A stretch of DNA of 21,302 nt from Candidatus Eiseniibacteriota bacterium. Lineage in GTDB: Bacteria > Eisenbacteria > RBG-16-71-46. Made by a program: the position numbers and the translations under genes. The stretch is taken from NCBI GenBank assembly GCA_031364845.1, contig JANLWX010000145.1, positions 1 to 21,302 of the forward strand. The letters run 5' to 3'. This document shows, piece after piece, positions 16,948 to 21,302 of the stretch. The notes under the pieces are model-generated. The model did not search any database, was not told the DNA's origin, and saw only the letters and a list, made by a program, of their open reading frames with translations. Each line of letters starts with the position of its first letter. The stretch's first letter is position 1.

Positions 16948-18234
16948 TCAACGAGGTCCGATCGCAATAAAGTTCAGCGGACCGCCGACGTAGCTGCCGT
17001 CGCTGCGGTAGTACTGAGCGATCCTCACCTGGGTCGTGCTCACGGAAACGATCTCGCAGAATGCGGTATTGCATCCAACGCAATCGGTGGCGGTGGCAGT
17101 GACAGTGGGCGGCGAGGTGAATGGTGTGTTGAAGGTGATCGTGCGGATGAAGTTCGCCGCACAACCGGCCTCGAGCGTGAATCCCGATCCATACTGGATT
17201 GTGCCGGTCGCGCAGCCGTTGATGCTGCCGCGGATGATGCGCAGGTTCTCCTGACCCGCGGCGGCGAGGTCATTGTTGATCCGGACCCGTCCGCCCTCGA
17301 CGTGGAGCTTTTCGGTCGGCACGGAGGTACCGATTCCGACGTTACCGTTGCCCTTGAACCGGACCCGCTCTGTGAAGGTGTTGGAGGAGCCGTATCCGAA
17401 TCCGATGTCCGCGGCGGCATCGTCCGTGTGGATCTGCATCAGATTGCTCTGGATGCCGAAGCCATAGTTGGGCTCTCCGGTCGGAGGGTTGTAGAGCGAG
17501 ATCTTCTGACCCAGCGATGGCGGGAACGACAACGGGTATGAAGGCGTGGACAGGCCGATGCCGACGTTGCCGGAGTTCGAAACCACAGTGAGCTGTGGCT
17601 GGAAAGTCTTGGTCGCAAGGTCCGATGAGCTCGCGCGACCGATGCTCACCTTGCGGGTATTGCTCGTGTACCCGGTCGAGATGAATCCGTGCGCCACCCC
17701 GCCGTCGAGGAAGCTGCCGAGCACGAGGTCGTTGATACTGGTGTTCGCGAGCATCCCAGGGGAGTTCGTGGCGCTCGACGGAGCGATCCGGACTCCGACT
17801 CCACCGGTCGGGTGGTAGAGGAATTTCGATTCGATCGCCTGATGCGCGTACGGCGTTCCGGTGAGCGGCTGCCGCGGGGTGAGCACTGTCGTCGCACTAC
17901 AGGCCGCGTTGGTGCAGACCTCGACCTGGAGCCAGCGCGCGTCCCCGTCGAAAGGCAGGCTGCCGAACTGAGCGCCCGCGTTCAGTTCGACGGAGAAGAT
18001 GCCGCCGCTGACGAGCACGTTGGGCACAATCTGGTTCGCGCCCACCTGCGCTCCGCCGGATACGGCGTCCCACAGGCTGAAGCGAAAGTGTGCCGTCCCC
18101 GTAACAGGGCTACCGCTCTGATTGAGCTGGCCCTGGTAGGTGAATCCCGTGCCCAGTGGAGCTGCAGTAACCTTGGGTGCCGTGAAGACGGCGAGTGCAA
18201 TGCAGCACAGCAGCGACAGCCGAAAAGCCTTCAT
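16948..18234 (-). CDS. Secreted fibre/adhesin-like protein (FTYQG N-terminal domain, GNVGIG repeats, tail-fibre-tip-like C-terminal domain)
   Basis: ATG at 18234 after GGAGG; signal peptide. FTYQGQL...G.FSVEL...RWLQVEV...PRQPLTGTPYA; two GNVGIG...P...L repeats; C-terminal ITFNTPFTSPPTV...FIAIG. Confidence 0.8.
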   Translation of the reverse strand: MKAFRLSLLCCIALAVFTAPKVTAAPLGTGFTYQGQLNQSGSPVTGTAHFRFSLWDAVSGGAQVGANQIVPNVLVSGGIFSVELNAGAQFGSLPFDGDARWLQVEVCTNAACSATTVLTPRQPLTGTPYAHQAIESKFLYHPTGGVGVRIAPSSATNSPGMLANTSINDLVLGSFLDGGVAHGFISTGYTSNTRKVSIGRASSSDLATKTFQPQLTVVSNSGNVGIGLSTPSYPLSFPPSLGQKISLYNPPTGEPNYGFGIQSNLMQIHTDDAAADIGFGYGSSNTFTERVRFKGNGNVGIGTSVPTEKLHVEGGRVRINNDLAAAGQENLRIIRGSINGCATGTIQYGSGFTLEAGCAANFIRTITFNTPFTSPPTVTATATDCVGCNTAFCEIVSVSTTQVRIAQYYRSDGSYVGGPLNFIAIGPR

Positions 18235-18400
18235 GGTGCGACCTCCCCCTGTGTTCGGTTGAACGGCGCCGCGTGTGGCCGCCATGGAACATGAATCCCA
18301 GTCTGGAGAACCCTCCTCCTGAATGGGGAAACGCACGCGGAGCGCCGACCGAACACACAAAGTCTCGGGGATGACGCGGCGGCCGCAGGGCGCCGGAAAC

Positions 18401-20224
18401 TCAGGGGCGCGGATTCTCCAGCTCGATGCGGCGCATCCAGACGCCCGACACGGTCTCGGACTCCGAAGCCAGGCGTTGGGCCATCTCGAACAGCCGGCTG
18501 GCCGAGTGCGTTCCGCTCGCGGGCGGCGATTCCGACAGGCTCCCCAGGCCGCGCAGGCGTATCCGGGCCGCCTCCGGCAGCGCGACCGCCGCCTGGCCCG
18601 GCCGCGTCAGCATGCTCATCTCGGCCTCGTACTCGACCAGACGTTCGGGGCTCGCGAGCACCAACAGATGCTCGCGCCCGCCCGGAGAATCGACGGTCCA
18701 CGACAACGCCTTCCCCCCGCGCGAGCCCGGAAGCACGTGGACACCGCCCGGCAGCGGGTTCTGCGGTTCGAGCCCAGGCAGCGGAAACAAAGCGTAAGCA
18801 TGCCCCGCCTCGTCCTCGTTCACGACATAGACGTGGAGCGGGGTTGACGCCTCGAACTCGAGCGTCAGTCGGTCGCCCAGCGCGAGTCGCGCGCCCGGCG
18901 CGAGTTTCTCCCGTACGCTGGAATTCATGGCGACCCGATAGACGGCGGCGGCAACGTTGTAGGCGCCCGCCGGGGCCATAGCGTGCGTCGTCGAAGTCGG
19001 ACCGGGTGGAGCCGCGTCCGAACTCCTCGGCGCACCGGGGGTCTCGACGTCGGGCCGTCTCGGATTCAGAAGGAGAATGGCGGCAACCGCAGCCAGGAAC
19101 GTGAGCGCGACTCCGATCATCAGACGCTGTCGTGAGCGCGGCGGTGCGGAGGCCTGGGACGCCGCCGGCACATGCGCCCCTGTCGTGACAGCGCCACCGG
19201 CGGATAACGCCTGTTCCATTTGCCCCGCCGTCGCGAAGCGCTTCGCGGGATCGCCCGCTGTCGCGCGCTCCACCGCAGCGACGAACGTCTCCGGCAGGTT
19301 CGGGCGCGCATCGCGCAGCAATTCGACTTCCCCGCGCTCGTGCCGTTGCCGGAGCTCGTCCCACGACGTCGCTTCGACCGGGAACCGCCCGCTCACGAGG
19401 CGATGGAGCAGCACGCCGAGACTATAGACGTCGGATTGCTGTGTGGCCGGCCGGCCCGCCAGCAGTTCCGGCGCCATGTAGAACGGCGTTCCGGTCATCT
19501 TGGCGCCCGGCAGTGGCGCTTCGGGGCGCGGCTCGATTCCCGCGCCGAAATCCATCAGCAGGATGCGTCCGCCCTGTTCGCGCATCACGTTCTGCGCTTT
19601 CACATCGCGATGGACGATGCCGGTACCATGCACCGCCGCGAGCGCGCGGCACAGGTCGATCCCGATCAGGATCGCCTCGGACGCACCCAGCAGTCCCTGA
19701 TCCGTGAGCAGTTGTTCGAGCGTGCGACCGTTGATGAGTTCCATCCACAGGCCAATTCGCCCATCGTGCGTGCTCGCTCCGTACACCGTGACGACATTGG
19801 GATGACGAAGTTTCGCGAGCAGACGTCCTTCTTCGACCACCTTCGATGCCTCAATGCTCCCCGCTTCGGATGGCGGCCGCTTGAGCAACTTGAGCGCGAC
19901 CTCGCGATCGAGCTGTGGATCCCACGCGCGGTACAACTCGCCGTACGAACCCTCGCTCAGCTTCACGCGCAGCTCGAGGTGTCCCCAGGTTCCGAGAGCG
20001 GAGGGGCCAACGGATGAGTTTGCGAATCCATCGCCAGCTGACTCTCCCGTCCTCGAACCCTCGACCCCATGGATTCGCGCGACCGTCTGCATGAGCTGGA
20101 GTTGCCGCACGACGGCGCGGTCCGCGTCGCTGGAAGAACGGCGCAACGCTTCGTCCCAATCCACCGGCAGGCCGTCGGCGACGCGCATCGCGAGGTCTTC
20201 GACGATCGGCAGCGGGTCACTCAC
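18401..20224 (-). CDS. Membrane-anchored Hanks-type Ser/Thr kinase with a C-terminal DUF4384-like extracytoplasmic domain
   Basis: GTG at 20224 after AAGGAG, overlapping the sigma stop. EGSYG, VALK, HPNVV, HRDVKAQN, DFG, GTPFYMAPE, DVYSLG; TM LMIGVALTFLAAVAAILLL; GDRLTL...HVYVVNED..G....LFP. The ORF-track extension to 20563 lies inside the sigma gene. Confidence 0.9.
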   Translation of the reverse strand: MSDPLPIVEDLAMRVADGLPVDWDEALRRSSSDADRAVVRQLQLMQTVARIHGVEGSRTGESAGDGFANSSVGPSALGTWGHLELRVKLSEGSYGELYRAWDPQLDREVALKLLKRPPSEAGSIEASKVVEEGRLLAKLRHPNVVTVYGASTHDGRIGLWMELINGRTLEQLLTDQGLLGASEAILIGIDLCRALAAVHGTGIVHRDVKAQNVMREQGGRILLMDFGAGIEPRPEAPLPGAKMTGTPFYMAPELLAGRPATQQSDVYSLGVLLHRLVSGRFPVEATSWDELRQRHERGEVELLRDARPNLPETFVAAVERATAGDPAKRFATAGQMEQALSAGGAVTTGAHVPAASQASAPPRSRQRLMIGVALTFLAAVAAILLLNPRRPDVETPGAPRSSDAAPPGPTSTTHAMAPAGAYNVAAAVYRVAMNSSVREKLAPGARLALGDRLTLEFEASTPLHVYVVNEDEAGHAYALFPLPGLEPQNPLPGGVHVLPGSRGGKALSWTVDSPGGREHLLVLASPERLVEYEAEMSMLTRPGQAAVALPEAARIRLRGLGSLSESPPASGTHSASRLFEMAQRLASESETVSGVWMRRIELENPRP

Positions 20225-20831
20225 GGCCCATCTCCTTCGCCATCCGCAGAAGTGCGCGCGCGACCGCCATGCGCGCCGCATCCGCACTCGGCTTGCCGGA
20301 CGTCTCGGCGATCTCGCCATAGCTGAGCCCGAGTTCGATGCGCGCCAGAACCAACTCGCGTTCGACATCGGTGAGGCGCGCGAGTGCCGCCTCGTAGCGC
20401 GATATCGCTTCCTTGCCGATGACGATTTCGAGCGGAGAGTCACCTTGATCCGGGTGATCGTCGGGAAGTTCCGTTCGGGTCGGCCGAATCCTGGCCTTTC
20501 GAACTTCGTCGCGAATCCGGTTGTCGAGCGCCTGCCGCAGATACGCCCCGAACGCCCCGCCATGACGCGGTACGAAGTTGTGGATGTTCCGCATGGTGCC
20601 CATCAACGCTTCCTGGATCATGTCGTCGGTGTCGACCAGGTCGCGCGACCAGCGCGGGAGCCGGCCCGCCGCCCAGCGGCGCAGGATCGGGCGATAGCGC
20701 TCGAAGAGCACGTCGAGGGCGCGCTGCTCACCTTCTTGGACCCGGCGCACCAACTCGGAGGACGAGGCACCGGCCAGCCCCGGGCCGTCGGCGCCGGAGT
20801 CGTCACGATCGTTGCTGCCGTCCTGCGACAC
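20217..20831 (-). CDS. ECF-type sigma-70 family RNA polymerase sigma factor
   Basis: Region 2 (LFERY...DTDDMIQE...FGAYL...NRIRDEVR) and region 4 (ALARL...RELV...GLSYGEIAE...AARMAVARA). Confidence 0.92.
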   Translation of the reverse strand: MSQDGSNDRDDSGADGPGLAGASSSELVRRVQEGEQRALDVLFERYRPILRRWAAGRLPRWSRDLVDTDDMIQEALMGTMRNIHNFVPRHGGAFGAYLRQALDNRIRDEVRKARIRPTRTELPDDHPDQGDSPLEIVIGKEAISRYEAALARLTDVERELVLARIELGLSYGEIAETSGKPSADAARMAVARALLRMAKEMGRE

Positions 20832-20870
20832 GAATGGGCCCCTTGATGATTGAAAGTATTGAAGGCCCGC

Positions 20871-20899
20871 AGTATAGCCCAGCGTGTCATGTGTCCGAA
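20871..20899 (-). promoter_or_regulatory. Candidate sigma70 promoter for the sigma-kinase operon
   Basis: Minus strand TTCGGA-17 bp-TATACT, followed by an AT-rich leader with TTCAAT repeated. Confidence 0.45.
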
Positions 20900-21011
20900 T
20901 CCTCCGGAGGACTTTTGCGCTCGGTATCCCTGATGGAGATAACGCGCGCGTCGCTCATACCGCACAGAGGAATTCAGCCTCGGGGTCCGGATATCGACCC
21001 GCAGCCTGAAA

Positions 21012-21196
21012 TCAGCCGCGTTCGACCTTCGGCCGCTGCATGTGCAGGACATCCCGCACCAGCGAATAGCCGTCGCCACCGAGGCGTCCGACCGGGCGCA
21101 GCTTTTCGATATCGACGCGGCCATCGACCAGCAGCGCGTCGTCGACATGCGCGCACACCAACTCGCCGACGACCAGCGTCGAGTCGCCGAGTTCGA
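21012..21196 (-). CDS. Flavin reductase-family (DIM6/NTAB-like) protein, C-terminal part
   Basis: Hand translation ELGDSTLVVGELVCAHVDDALLVDGRVDIEKLRPVGRLGGDGYSLVRDVLHMQRPKVERG*. The L.PVGRLGG..Y motif is typical of the family. Not in the ORF track. Confidence 0.8.
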
Positions 21197-21302
21197 GATC
21201 GCGGGCTTCACGCGCGCCGCATCGGACCGCGTGCGCTCGCCGCGTGTCGCCAAGTCGCCGGTCAATCTCGAGTGCCGCGTGTTCCGCGAAATCGAACTCG
21301 GC
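21186..21302 (+). other. Inverted middle segment of the same flavin reductase gene, bounded by 11-bp inverted repeats
   Basis: Plus-strand translation AEFEIAGFTRAASDRVRSPRVAKSPVNLECRVFREIELG; repeats GCCGAGTTCGA (21186-21196) and TCGAACTCGGC (21292-21302). Confidence 0.8.

Noticed and set aside
16948..18234. Prophage tail fibre gene
   Set aside because: Has a Sec-type signal peptide and no phage genes nearby
18235..18400. Shared ECF promoter motif (TGTG...CGTT) upstream of the fibre and TPR-CHAT genes
   Set aside because: Too short, with inconsistent spacing; cannot be told from chance without homologous regions
20618..21265. 215-aa minus-strand ORF upstream of the sigma gene
   Set aside because: Wrong frame. 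The real coding frame is the flavin reductase ending at 21012, and this ORF crosses the inversion junction.

Overview
GC-rich bacterial window, probably FCB-group/Ca. Eisenbacteria-like. That is inferred only from four secreted proteins ending in FlgD-Ig/'PNP' C-terminal domains. From left to right: (1) a lower-GC defence operon on the minus strand with an SNF2 helicase, a Type III Mod-like methyltransferase and the start of a DUF1016/YhcG-like gene that is missing from the ORF track; (2) three secreted FlgD-Ig proteins, one with a duplicated CAPC-containing domain and two tandem 7-repeat FG-GAP paralogs; (3) a molybdate operon (HTH-TOBE regulator, modB, short modC) with no modA; (4) a small, possibly B3-pseudobarrel orphan gene; (5) a signalling module made of a secreted TPR-CHAT (caspase-like) protease convergent on ECF sigma -> membrane Ser/Thr kinase with DUF4384-like ectodomain -> fibre-like protein -> small 'DGGG'+FlgD protein; (6) a flavin reductase 3' part whose preceding 117 bp are inverted between 11-bp inverted repeats at the window end. 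The best novelty candidate is module 5. The protease's internal loop and the kinase ectodomain share the motif RG[IL]G[GS]L[DS]E, which suggests an extracytoplasmic protease -> receptor kinase -> ECF sigma cascade.
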